From the NCBI GenBank assembly GCA_001898385.1, contig MKTT01000061.1:22856-86855 (forward strand): a stretch of DNA of 64,000 nt, written 5' to 3'. Shown piece by piece: positions 29,689 through 38,912 of this stretch (position 1 is the stretch's first letter; each line of letters starts with the position of its first letter). Below the pieces are notes generated by a model. It was not told the origin of the DNA. It ran no database searches and saw only the letters and a list, made by a program, of their open reading frames with translations. Position numbers and translations under genes: made by a program. This DNA comes from Planctomycetales bacterium 71-10. Lineage in GTDB: Bacteria > Planctomycetota > Planctomycetia > Isosphaerales > Isosphaeraceae.

Positions 29689-30855
29689 ATGGCCAGGGCG
29701 AAGTCGGGCGGGGCCGAGGGGGCTGTCGCGACGCAGGCGGATCCGGGCGAGGTCCTGCGGGCGCCGGCGGAGGTGAAATACGCCGAGGAGCTGGAATGGC
29801 TCCGGTCGATCGACGGCGACGCGAGGCCGGCGTCGTGGCGGCTGTCGCCGCGGCTGGTCCGCGTGTTCGTCCTGGGATCGTCGCCGTCGGACCGGCTGGA
29901 GCGCGAGATCCGGCCCAAGTTCTTCGGCGACCCGGGGACCGTGGAGCGCGCCATCGTCACCCTGGCGAGCGACCGCGGCCTGCTGCTGATCGGCGACCCG
30001 GGGACCGGCAAGAGCTGGCTGGCCGAGCTGATGGCCGCGGCGATCTGCGGCGACAGCACGCGCGTCGTGCAGGGGACGGCCGGGACGACGGAAGATCATA
30101 TCAAGTATTCCTGGAACGTCGCGATGGTCATCGCGGCCGGCCAGTCGCGCGAGAGCCTCATCCCGTCGCCGATCATGACGGCCATGCAGGGGGGGCTCAT
30201 GGGACGGTTCGAGGAGCTGACCCGATGCTCCAGCGACGTCCAGGACGCGCTGATCTCGATCCTGTCGGAGAAATACATCGCGATCCCCGAATTGAAGGGG
30301 GACGACGTGGTCTTCGCGAGGCCGGGCTTCAACGTCATCGCCACGGCCAACGCGCGCGACCGGGGCGTGAACGACCTCTCGTCGGCGCTCAAGCGGCGGT
30401 TCAACTTCGTCCAGATCCCGGTCGTCACGAACAAGAAGACCGAGCGCGAGATCGTCCTGTTCCGGACGAAGGAACTCCTGGCGCGGAACCGATTCGAGGT
30501 CGAGACGCCGCCGGCCCTGCTGGACATCCTGCTCCAGACGTTCGCCGATTTGCGCGAGGCGTCGGCCTCGCAGACGTCGGAGGATGACCGGCTGGAGAGC
30601 GCGCTGTCGACGGCCGAGCAGATCGGCGTGCTGGAGGACGCGGTGTTGCACGGCCGGTTCTTCGGCGACGGCTCGCTCGCCCCCGGGGCCCTGGCGAAGT
30701 CGCTGGTGGGGACGCTCGTCCGCCGCATCCCGGAGGATGTCTCGATCCTCAACAAGTTCTGGCACGCGGCCGTCGCCAAGCGGGCCAAGAAGGACGGCGG
30801 CGCGTGGGAGGCGTTCGAAGCCGCCGGCAAGGACGCCCTGGAAGGGATGAAGTGA
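29689..30855 (+). CDS. MoxR-family AAA+ ATPase, YehL subfamily-like
   Basis: Walker A GDPGTGKS, QGTAGTTEDHIKYSWN, Walker B RFEELTR, ATANARDRGVNDLSSALKRRF; ATG at 29689. Confidence 0.92.
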   Translation: MARAKSGGAEGAVATQADPGEVLRAPAEVKYAEELEWLRSIDGDARPASWRLSPRLVRVFVLGSSPSDRLEREIRPKFFGDPGTVERAIVTLASDRGLLLIGDPGTGKSWLAELMAAAICGDSTRVVQGTAGTTEDHIKYSWNVAMVIAAGQSRESLIPSPIMTAMQGGLMGRFEELTRCSSDVQDALISILSEKYIAIPELKGDDVVFARPGFNVIATANARDRGVNDLSSALKRRFNFVQIPVVTNKKTEREIVLFRTKELLARNRFEVETPPALLDILLQTFADLREASASQTSEDDRLESALSTAEQIGVLEDAVLHGRFFGDGSLAPGALAKSLVGTLVRRIPEDVSILNKFWHAAVAKRAKKDGGAWEAFEAAGKDALEGMK

Positions 30856-30891
30856 CGCGACCGTCGCGGCCCTGGGATGGTCCCTGTAACG

Positions 30892-31075
30892 CCCTTCCCC
30901 CCTCGCGGGGGAAGGTGGCCCGGAGGGCCGGATGAGGGGGACGACACGCGATAAGGCTGTTGGGTTTCGTGGCGGCCGTTTCGAGAGGGCCCGCAAGCTC
31001 CGATGGCGCCCGTGCTGGTCGTCCCCCTCATCTGACGCCTTCGGCGTCTGTCTTCCCCCGCGAGGGGGGAAGACC
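30892..31075. repeat. ~180-bp REPIN-like element, copy 1
   Basis: Left arm CCTTCCCCCCTCGCGGGGGAAGG...ATGAGGGGGA; right arm TCCCCCTCATCTGA...TCTTCCCCCGCGAGGGGGGAAGAC. Confidence 0.85.
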
Positions 31076-31121
31076 GTCCGCGTCGCAAGTCCAGAATCCT
31101 TGAGGGCCAGGAAGTGACGCC

Positions 31122-34040
31122 ATGAGCACGCCGACCGACCGCGACCGGGCGGACCTGCCCATCTCCTTCGCCCCGCTCCGCGACCAGCTCCTCGCCGCCG
31201 CCGGCGCGTTCGCCGCCGACGCGAAGGCGCTCGGCCACATCCTGGGCGGGCTGGTGGACGACGTGGAGCGGGCGTTCCGCGAGCCGATGGAGATCTTCCC
31301 GGTCTGCCACCACTCGCCGTCCTCGGCCTTGCACATGGCGCGTCGGCTGGCGGCCCGGCCGCCGCGGGCGATCTTCATGGAGTGCTGCGAGGACATGCGG
31401 CCGGTCGTCGAGGGCCTGCGCGATTGCCGCGCGCCGGTGGCCCTCCAGGCGTTCGCGTCCACGTCCGAGCACTTCCCGGCCGCTTGGTCGCCGCTCAGCC
31501 TGGTCTGCCCGCTCACCGAGTTCTCGGCCGAGTACCAGGCGATCGCTTACGCGATGGAGACGTCGGGCGTCGAGCTGCATTTCGTCGACCGCTCGGCCGA
31601 TCACGTCTTCCAGTGGATGCCCCAGGAGCCGGGGGCGCTGGAGGACGCGGTGCCGGACGACCCCGACGCCGAGGATCAGGACGCCGGCATGCACGGCTCG
31701 GCCGTGGGCGTGGAGATGGGCTCGCTGGTCCCCACGTTCGGCCTCTTCCGCGACGTCCTGCTGAAGAACGCCCGCGTCCAGCACTTCAGCGAGTGGTGGG
31801 ACCAGTACGTCGAGGAGGCCGTGATCGACGGCGACTACCCGGCGTACCGGCAGGTGATGTTCCTGATCGGCAGCCTCTTCCGACGCCTCGGCACGGCCGA
31901 GCCCGACCGCCGCGAGGACGAGCTGCGCGAGCGGCACATGTGGACGCGGATCAAGCAGGGGCTCCGCGCGACGGGCGTCGACCCGAAGGACGCCCTCTAC
32001 ATCTGCGGCGCGGCCCACGTCGCCAGCCGGGTCGCCGAGTTCGGCCTGGAGAACGACGCCCTCTGGGACGTCCCCCCGCGCACGCCCACGACCTGGCTCT
32101 ACGGGATCCTCCCCAGCAGCTACAGCGCCATCTCGCACCAGTTCGGCCACCCGCGCGGGGCCGTCACGCTCGCGGAGACCCGCTGGCGCAAGGGGATCGC
32201 GCGGAACGGCCTCAAGCCGTTCGCGATCCAGCCCCGGATGAAGGGGCGGAAGGGCGAGGAGGAAGGTGCCGCGCCGGCGAAGGCGACGAAGCCGAAGAAG
32301 GCCCCGAAAGCGGTCCCGCCGCCCCCGCCGATCGAGGTCGCGCCCGCGCCTGACCGCCTCCTCGGGTATCTCCAGGGGCCGCCCCCGCCGGTGGAGTCGG
32401 ACGAGGAGGAGCTGCTGAAGAACTGCGTCAAGATCGTCGAGCTGGCGCGGAACAACGGCTACCTCGCGTCCACGGCCGACGGCATCGCGACGTACCAGAC
32501 GGCCATCCTGCTGGCGAACCTCCGCAACCGCCGCCACCCCACCCCCTACGACTTCCGCGACGCGGCGATCACCTGCATCGAGAAGGAGTCCGTCCCGGGC
32601 AGGCGCGACGTCGCCCGGCTCTGCGACGTCCTGCTCGGGGGCGATCGGGTCGGCCGGATCGGATTCGAATCGCTCCCGCCGCTCGCCCGCGACGTCTACG
32701 CGCGGCTCGCCCCGCTGCCGATCACGTTGGAGTCGCGGACGATCCAGCGGGCGCTGCTGGACTTCCGCAAGTCGCCCGAGCTGCTGCCGTGCTCGGACCT
32801 GCTGTGGAAGCTGCGCTATCTGCTCCCCCAGAACGTCGTCCGGCCGATCATGGGCCGGCGCGAGCTGGGGCACGTCCCGCAGCAGGAGAGCTGGGACGTG
32901 GCGATCGGCCAGAACCAGGGGGCCGTGATCCAGCTCGGATACGAGGGCATGACGGTCGAGCATGTGCTCGAACGTCGATTGAAGAAGGCGGCCTTCGACC
33001 CCGACGCCCGCGCGGCCGACGCGCTCCGCGCGGCCGAGGACGGCCTTTTGTTCCTCGGGAGCGAGCGGCTGGTGGAGGAGCTGGGCGAACGCGCCGTCGA
33101 CCTGCTCACGCGCGAGCCGGACGCGAGGCAGGCCCGCGAGATCCACACGCGGGTCACGCGTCTGGTCCACTACTACCGGACCACGGAAGCCGGCCTGCCG
33201 GCGTGGCTGAAGCGGTTCGTCACCGCGGGGTACTCGCACTACGCGACGATGCTGCCGAACGGCTTCGCCGACCGGGGCGTCGCGCCGGGCGACCTGGCGG
33301 CGATGCTCCAGTTCATCTTCACGCTGGAGAGCCTGGCGCTCTCGCTGGGGTGCGAGCGCAGCCAGCTCGTGATCGCGGTCCGCCAGGCCGGGCCGGTCGC
33401 GGTCGACCCGCCCAAGCTCTCGATCCTCTGGGCCGCGGAATGCGTCCTGCGGCTCCGGGATGTCGCCGGCCTGCGGGCCCGGTTCGACGCCCTGGCCGAG
33501 AACGAGCTGACGCTCCCCGCGCTGCCGGAATACCTGGAAGGGCTGCTGCTGGCCCTCGCCTTCACGCCGCTGGTGGGCGGGCTGACGGTCGAGCTGTTGA
33601 GCAAGGCGTTCGAACGCCTGCCGGATCGACTGCTCATGCCGTGGATGCCGAAGCTCCTGCGCATGCTGCGCCCGCACGCGGACGCCGCGCTGCCGGTCCT
33701 GGTGAAGGAGGCCGCGGCCGTCTTCCCGAGGGGGCTCGACGCCCTGGAGGGCTGGACGGCCCCCTGGGATCGGACGAAGGCCGGGCCGAGCGTCGCGACC
33801 GTCGAGGCGCCCCGGGCGGCGAAGGGGCCGACCGAACGCGAGGCGTCGCGGCTCCTCGCGGCCTTCCCCGCGACGACCGACGCCCTGGCGACGGCCCTCG
33901 GACTCCCCGCCGTCTGGTCGGCCGACGGACCGTCCCCCTCGCCGTCGGACGCGCCTCGCGACTCCGAGCACGAAGCCGCCCGCGCCCTCCTCCGCGATCA
34001 TCCCGCGACGTCCATCGCGGCGGCCTCGGCGCTCGGGTGA
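31122..34040 (+). CDS. DUF5682/YehM-like large protein
   Basis: PVCHHSP, LQAF, CPLTEFSAEYQA, RERHM, CGAAH motifs; directly follows the YehL-like ATPase. Confidence 0.82.
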   Translation: MSTPTDRDRADLPISFAPLRDQLLAAAGAFAADAKALGHILGGLVDDVERAFREPMEIFPVCHHSPSSALHMARRLAARPPRAIFMECCEDMRPVVEGLRDCRAPVALQAFASTSEHFPAAWSPLSLVCPLTEFSAEYQAIAYAMETSGVELHFVDRSADHVFQWMPQEPGALEDAVPDDPDAEDQDAGMHGSAVGVEMGSLVPTFGLFRDVLLKNARVQHFSEWWDQYVEEAVIDGDYPAYRQVMFLIGSLFRRLGTAEPDRREDELRERHMWTRIKQGLRATGVDPKDALYICGAAHVASRVAEFGLENDALWDVPPRTPTTWLYGILPSSYSAISHQFGHPRGAVTLAETRWRKGIARNGLKPFAIQPRMKGRKGEEEGAAPAKATKPKKAPKAVPPPPPIEVAPAPDRLLGYLQGPPPPVESDEEELLKNCVKIVELARNNGYLASTADGIATYQTAILLANLRNRRHPTPYDFRDAAITCIEKESVPGRRDVARLCDVLLGGDRVGRIGFESLPPLARDVYARLAPLPITLESRTIQRALLDFRKSPELLPCSDLLWKLRYLLPQNVVRPIMGRRELGHVPQQESWDVAIGQNQGAVIQLGYEGMTVEHVLERRLKKAAFDPDARAADALRAAEDGLLFLGSERLVEELGERAVDLLTREPDARQAREIHTRVTRLVHYYRTTEAGLPAWLKRFVTAGYSHYATMLPNGFADRGVAPGDLAAMLQFIFTLESLALSLGCERSQLVIAVRQAGPVAVDPPKLSILWAAECVLRLRDVAGLRARFDALAENELTLPALPEYLEGLLLALAFTPLVGGLTVELLSKAFERLPDRLLMPWMPKLLRMLRPHADAALPVLVKEAAAVFPRGLDALEGWTAPWDRTKAGPSVATVEAPRAAKGPTEREASRLLAAFPATTDALATALGLPAVWSADGPSPSPSDAPRDSEHEAARALLRDHPATSIAAASALG

Positions 34041-34150
34041 GTCCCGAAGCCGCGGATCGCCCCGGAAGGGCCCGCGGTTTGCACGTCGGGACATCGAAAG
34101 CAGGAGCTTGGAATTCGTGATGCGCAAGCGAGCGTGATCGGAGGCGCGCG

Positions 34151-34825
34151 ATGATGCGTGAAACGTTCCGCGACCGCCGCGAGGCCGGGCGGGACCTGGC
34201 GGACCGGATGACCGGGCTCGCAGGCCGTCCGGACGTGCTGGTCCTGGCCCTCCCGCGCGGGGGCGTGCCGGTGGGGTACGAGGTCGCGCGGAAGCTCGGC
34301 GCTCCGTTGGATGTGTTCCTCGTCCGCAAGCTGGGCGTCCCCGGGCAACCCGAGCTGGCCTTCGGGGCCATCGCCAGCGGCGGGGTCCGGCTGCTCAATC
34401 GCGACGTCGTGCAGGGGCTCCGCATCCCTCCCGAGGAGGTGGAGGCCGTCGCCGCCGAGGAGGGCGAGGAACTGGCCCGCCGCGAGCGCGCGTACCGCGA
34501 CGACCGGCCCCCGCCCGACGTCCGGGGCAAGACCGCGATCCTGGTGGACGACGGCCTGGCCACCGGCGCGAGCATGCGAGCCGCCGTCGCCGCCCTGCGC
34601 GGGCTCGACCCCGCCCGGATCGTGGTGGCGGTCCCCGTCGCGGCGCCGTCGGTGTGCGAGGCGTTCCGCCGCATCGTCGACGAGGTCGTGTGCGCCCGCA
34701 CGCCCGACCCCTTCCATGCGGTCGGGCTGTGGTATCACGACTTCTCGCAGACGAGCGACGCGGAGGTGCGCGAACTCCTCGACCGGGCGGCGTCGGAACA
34801 TGAAGCGCCGTCGATCCCGAACTGA
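34151..34825 (+). CDS. Phosphoribosyltransferase-family protein
   Basis: FRDRREAG, LALPRGGVPV, PRPP loop LVDDGLATGAS, VGLWYHDFSQTSD. Confidence 0.9.
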   Translation: MMRETFRDRREAGRDLADRMTGLAGRPDVLVLALPRGGVPVGYEVARKLGAPLDVFLVRKLGVPGQPELAFGAIASGGVRLLNRDVVQGLRIPPEEVEAVAAEEGEELARRERAYRDDRPPPDVRGKTAILVDDGLATGASMRAAVAALRGLDPARIVVAVPVAAPSVCEAFRRIVDEVVCARTPDPFHAVGLWYHDFSQTSDAEVRELLDRAASEHEAPSIPN

Positions 34826-34839
34826 GGGAGGGCCCCGTC

Positions 34840-35502
34840 ATGCGTCCAGCAACCCTCGCCACCCCCGCGCCCGTGGAGATCCCCGCCGGGACGGTCATCC
34901 TGAAGGGCGACCTGACGGTCCCCGAGGCGCCTCGGGGCGTGGTCCTGTTCGCGCACGGCAGCGGCAGCGGCCGTCTCAGCGCGAGGAACCGCCACGTCGC
35001 CGAGGCGCTCCAGGCCGGCGGCCTCGCGACGCTCCTGTTCGACCTGCTCACCGAGGAGGAGGAGCGGCGGGAGCGCCATACGCGCCACCTGCGGTTCGAC
35101 ATCGACCTGCTGATCGGCCGCCTGATCGCCGCGACGGGATGGGCGGAGTCGCGGCCCGAACTCCTCGGCCTGAAGGTGGGGTATTTCGGGGCGAGCACGG
35201 GCGGGGCGGCGGCGCTGGGCGCGGCGGCCGAGCGGCCCGAGGTCGCGGCGGTCGTCTCGCGAGGAGGCCGGCCCGACCTCGCCCCCGACTCCGCGCTGCT
35301 CGCCGTGCGGGCCCCGACCCTGCTGATCGTCGGCGGCGCGGACGCGCAGGTGCTCGCGCTGAACCGGCGGGCGATGGACCGGATGTCCGGCCCCGTCGCG
35401 CTGGAGGTCGTCCCGGGCGCCACGCATCTGTTCGAGGAGCCCGGCGCCCTGGAGCGGGTGGCGGGCCTGGCCCGGGAGTGGTTCGAACGGCATCTCCGGT
35501 GA
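34840..35502 (+). CDS. Alpha/beta hydrolase (dienelactone hydrolase-like)
   Basis: FAHGSGSGR, GYFGASTGG nucleophile, SRGGRPDL, GATHLFEE. Confidence 0.9.
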   Translation: MRPATLATPAPVEIPAGTVILKGDLTVPEAPRGVVLFAHGSGSGRLSARNRHVAEALQAGGLATLLFDLLTEEEERRERHTRHLRFDIDLLIGRLIAATGWAESRPELLGLKVGYFGASTGGAAALGAAAERPEVAAVVSRGGRPDLAPDSALLAVRAPTLLIVGGADAQVLALNRRAMDRMSGPVALEVVPGATHLFEEPGALERVAGLAREWFERHLR

Positions 35503-35529
35503 GCCGCGCGGCCGACATCGGCCGGGAGG

Positions 35530-36891
35530 ATGGCCATGGCTCGGATCGATCGCAGGATGTGGCGGGAACCCTCGACTCCCGCCGGCCTGATCTCCCAGGC
35601 CCGCGCGCTGGCGAGGCCGCTGCGCGGGCCCGACGACCTGGGGCCGCTCATCGACCGGATCGGGGACGCTCGCTTCGTCCTCCTCGGCGAGGCGTCGCAC
35701 GGGACGTCCGAATTCTACTCGTGGCGCGCGGCGATCTCGCGGCGGCTGATCGTCGAGGAGGGCTTCTCGTTCATCGCCGTCGAGGGGGACTGGCCCGATT
35801 GCTACCGGGTCGACCGCTACGTCAAGGGCCGCGCCGACGCCGCCGGCTCGGCCCGCGAGACGCTCCGCGCCTTCGAGCGCTGGCCGACGTGGATGTGGGC
35901 GAACGAGGACGTCGTCGCGCTGGCGGAGTGGCTCCGCCGCCGCAACGATTCCGTCCCGGAGGGCCGCAAGGTCGGCTTCTACGGGCTGGACGTCTACAGC
36001 CTGTGGGAGTCCCTGCACGCGATCGTGGGCTATCTGAAGAAGCACGACCCCTCGGCGCTGCCGGCCGCTCTGGCGGCCTTCCGCTGCTTCGAACCCTACG
36101 CGGAGGACGTCCACGACTACGCGCGGGCGGCCCGGTTCGCGCCCAACTCGTGCGAGCGCGAGGTCGTCGAGCTGTTGAAGGAGGTCCGCCGCGCGAAGGG
36201 GCGCGACGAGCCCCCGTCGGCCGACGAGCGCGAGGCCCGGTTCGCGGCCGAGCAGAACGCCCTGGTGCTGCGCGACGCGGAGACCTACTACCGCATCATG
36301 GTGCGCGGCGGGCCGGACACCTGGAACCTCCGCGACCGGCACATGGTCGAGACGCTGGAGCGGCTGATGGAGTTCCACGGGCCGGACGCCCGCGCCATCG
36401 TCTGGGAGCACAACACCCACGTCGGGGACGCCCGGTACACCGACATGGCCGACCGCGGCGAGGTCAACGTCGGCCAGCTCGTGCGCGAGCGCCGCGGGGA
36501 CGAGGGCGTCGTGCTCGTCGGCTTCGGCGCGCATCGCGGGACCGTCCTCGCCGGCCGCGAGTGGGAGGCTCCGATGGAGAGGATGCCCGTCCCTCCCGGC
36601 CGCGAGGGGAGCTGGGAGGACGTCTTCCATCGGGCGCTCGGGTCGGACGCGCTCGTCGTCTTCGACGAGGCGTCGCGTACGCCCGAGGCCCTGGAGCCTC
36701 GCGGCCACCGCGCGATCGGCGTGGTCTACCACCCCGAGTACGAACGGCTCGGCAACTACGTCCCGACGGTCCTCCCGCGGCGCTACGACGCGTTCCTGCA
36801 CCTGGAGCACGCGCGGGCGCTCCGCGCCCTGCACGGCATCCCCGTCCGCGAGGGGGGCGAGGTCCCGGAGACGTACCCTTCGGGCGTGTGA
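35530..36891 (+). CDS. Erythromycin esterase family protein
   Basis: LLGEASHGT, VEGDWPD, FYGLDVYSL, RDRHM, WEHNTH, RAIGVVY. Confidence 0.92.
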   Translation: MAMARIDRRMWREPSTPAGLISQARALARPLRGPDDLGPLIDRIGDARFVLLGEASHGTSEFYSWRAAISRRLIVEEGFSFIAVEGDWPDCYRVDRYVKGRADAAGSARETLRAFERWPTWMWANEDVVALAEWLRRRNDSVPEGRKVGFYGLDVYSLWESLHAIVGYLKKHDPSALPAALAAFRCFEPYAEDVHDYARAARFAPNSCEREVVELLKEVRRAKGRDEPPSADEREARFAAEQNALVLRDAETYYRIMVRGGPDTWNLRDRHMVETLERLMEFHGPDARAIVWEHNTHVGDARYTDMADRGEVNVGQLVRERRGDEGVVLVGFGAHRGTVLAGREWEAPMERMPVPPGREGSWEDVFHRALGSDALVVFDEASRTPEALEPRGHRAIGVVYHPEYERLGNYVPTVLPRRYDAFLHLEHARALRALHGIPVREGGEVPETYPSGV

Positions 36892-36938
36892 GCCGAGGGT
36901 GCTCCGTCGAAAACATGAGAGCAGGGTGATGACAAGCG

Positions 36939-36963
36939 CCCTTCTCCCACGAGGGGAGAAGGG
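36939..36963. repeat. Solo REP-like hairpin between convergent genes (possible terminator)
   Basis: CCTTCTCCC-ACGAG-GGGAGAAGG resembles the REP outer palindrome. Confidence 0.55.
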
Positions 36964-37010
36964 GGGGATTTATGCTCGTACTCCGATACTTTCGACGGGG
37001 CGAGCCGCGG

Positions 37011-38706
37011 TCAGAAGAACATCGCGAACCGCATCCAGAAGGTGTTGTACTGGTCGATCGACCCCGGGCCCGCGATCGGGATGGGGTTGTTGAACCAGGT
37101 CCAGACGTAATTGAAGCTGATGCGCGTGTACTTGTTGGGCCACCAGTTCAGGCCGGTCATGAGGCTGTCCATCCGCTCGGTGGAGCGGGCGACGTCCACG
37201 AAGCCGCGGTCGATGTCGCCGCGGCCGGCGTTGAACTCGGACCACTGGGCGGCGACCTGCCAGGCCCCCGGGCCGTACTCGCCGCGGCCGGGGATGAACG
37301 AATGGAGCGGCTCCATCACCGTGTAGCCCTGGAAGCCGTTGCCCATGAAGTCGCGCTCGCCGGTGAGCCAGTAGGACGCGTTGACGTAGTAGGCCCACTG
37401 CGTCGAGCGGCCGGTGGTGCGGCCGTCGGTCAGCTCGCGGCTGAAGTTCATCATCTCGGCCAGGACGCTGAACCGGCCGTACCAGTAGATGTGAGGCGCG
37501 ACCCGGGACCGCATGCCGTCGGCCCAGACGTTCTGGTTGTAGATGTACCAGGGGAGCCCGACGGGGGTCACGAAGCTGGGGTTCGTGGTCGCCTCGCCGT
37601 TGTTCAGGAACGCGATGCTCGACTGATGCAGGGCGTACTTCTGGTCGCCGGCCGACATGCCGATGCCGCCGCCCAGCCCCTCGAAGATCGAGTCGTGCCA
37701 CGCCTCGCCGCGGAAGGGGGTGAAGTCGACGGCACCGTTGTACTCGACGTTCCGGTTCAGGTCGCCGAACAGGCTCGTCCCCGTGTTCGTCACGCCCGAC
37801 CACCACTGCATCCGGTTGTCCAGAGCCGTGCCGCTGAACATGAGCCCGATGGGGCGCTTGGCGGCCAGCTGGAACAGCGGCGAGTTCGTGATGACCGGCT
37901 CCAGCGCCGGGGAGAAGGCGTAGTACTCGTAGAGCGGCGGGGCCAGGCCCTTGCCGGCGCGGAGGGTGATGTTCTTCGTCAGGTGCCAGGACATGAACAT
38001 GTCGAGAAGGTTGTAGGTCCCGAGGAAGCCCTGCGTGCCGACCTGGTAGCTCCAGTCCTTGGTGATGTTCCCGTAGAAATACATACGGGTGAAAGGGATG
38101 TTGAAATTCTGCTCGTTGGTGGGGAGGTTGGCGCGGTCGAAGAAGGTGCCGTCGAGGGTGAGCTGGTTCGTGATGTTGAGCGAGAACTCGTCGTTCTCGT
38201 CGCTGAAGCTGAAGTAGCCGCCGCCGCCGTTGGGGCCGGTGCCGTCGTGGTGGTATTTGTAGAGGCCCGACAGGGGATGGCGGTCGGCGTCGGGGGGCTC
38301 GCCTTGGTCCGGGCCGAAGGTGCCGGAGTGGTAGCGATTCGGGACTCCGTTGGAGCCCTCCCCGGACGGCGCGGACGCCGCGCCTGGCGCCCCGAGCCCG
38401 GGGGATCCCGCGCCCCCCCCGACGGCGGCCGTCCCGGCGCCGCCGACGGTCGCGGATTGGAGCTGGTGCTGGAGGGCCTCCACCTGGGCCTTGAGCTGGT
38501 GGGCCTCGGCGACCTCGGCGCGGAGGCGGCGGAGTTCGGCCAGGATCTCCGCATCGGTGGCCGAGGCGGGGGACTCCGGCGGGGTCGTCCCGGCCGGGAT
38601 CGGGGGTGCGTAGGGGGGTCTGCCCGTGCGAAGGAGCGGCGCAAATGCCCCAGCCGATCAGTACGCCGGCGAAGACCCCGCCAATCCGCGCAACCCGATG
38701 AGCCAT
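37011..38706 (-). pseudogene. Outer-membrane porin (OprO/OprP-like) interrupted by a 1-nt frameshift
   Basis: Signal peptide MAHRVARIGG...SHGQ (ATG 38706) is one frame off the coiled coil plus beta-barrel ORF, which ends ...WMRFAMFF; the barrel frame has an upstream TGA and no start before GTG 38483; removing one base of G6 (38613-38618) fuses the two. Confidence 0.75.
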
Positions 38707-38912
38707 GACGCCCTCCCTTGGGGCCGGAGCGATCCTCGAACACCGCCCGGGGGCGGTCGATGGGCCTGACGATCTTTACGGTGGTATCGATCGAGGGGGC
38801 CGTCCGGCATGACGAATTATTCAGCGGCACTGCCCGATTGATTCGAACGCGGGGTTCTGAGATGCTCGGGACGTGGGCTGTAGGATTCTTCATCTGGGAC
38901 GGTCGTCGACAC

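Noticed and set aside
24948-30855. MoxR AAA+ as the missing ClpX-like partner of the adjacent ClpP pair
   Set aside because: A strong terminator separates them, MoxR is a different AAA+ clade, and I see no IGF/IGL ClpP-docking loop.
30096-34127. 1343-aa minus-strand ORF; likewise 26903-29587, 12118-14517, 59618-62500, 48955-51465 and others
   Set aside because: Antisense shadows of real genes: strong GC3 bias removes stops from the opposite frame. No recognisable motifs.
35530-36891. Macrolide-resistance gene (ereA/ereB)
   Set aside because: Family membership only. It sits in the PRTase/hydrolase context typical of non-resistance homologs, with no mobile element nearby.
38820-38845. Sigma54 promoter for the urea cluster (CGGCAC...TTGA)
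   Set aside because: The -12 GC is missing at the required GG-N10-GC spacing.
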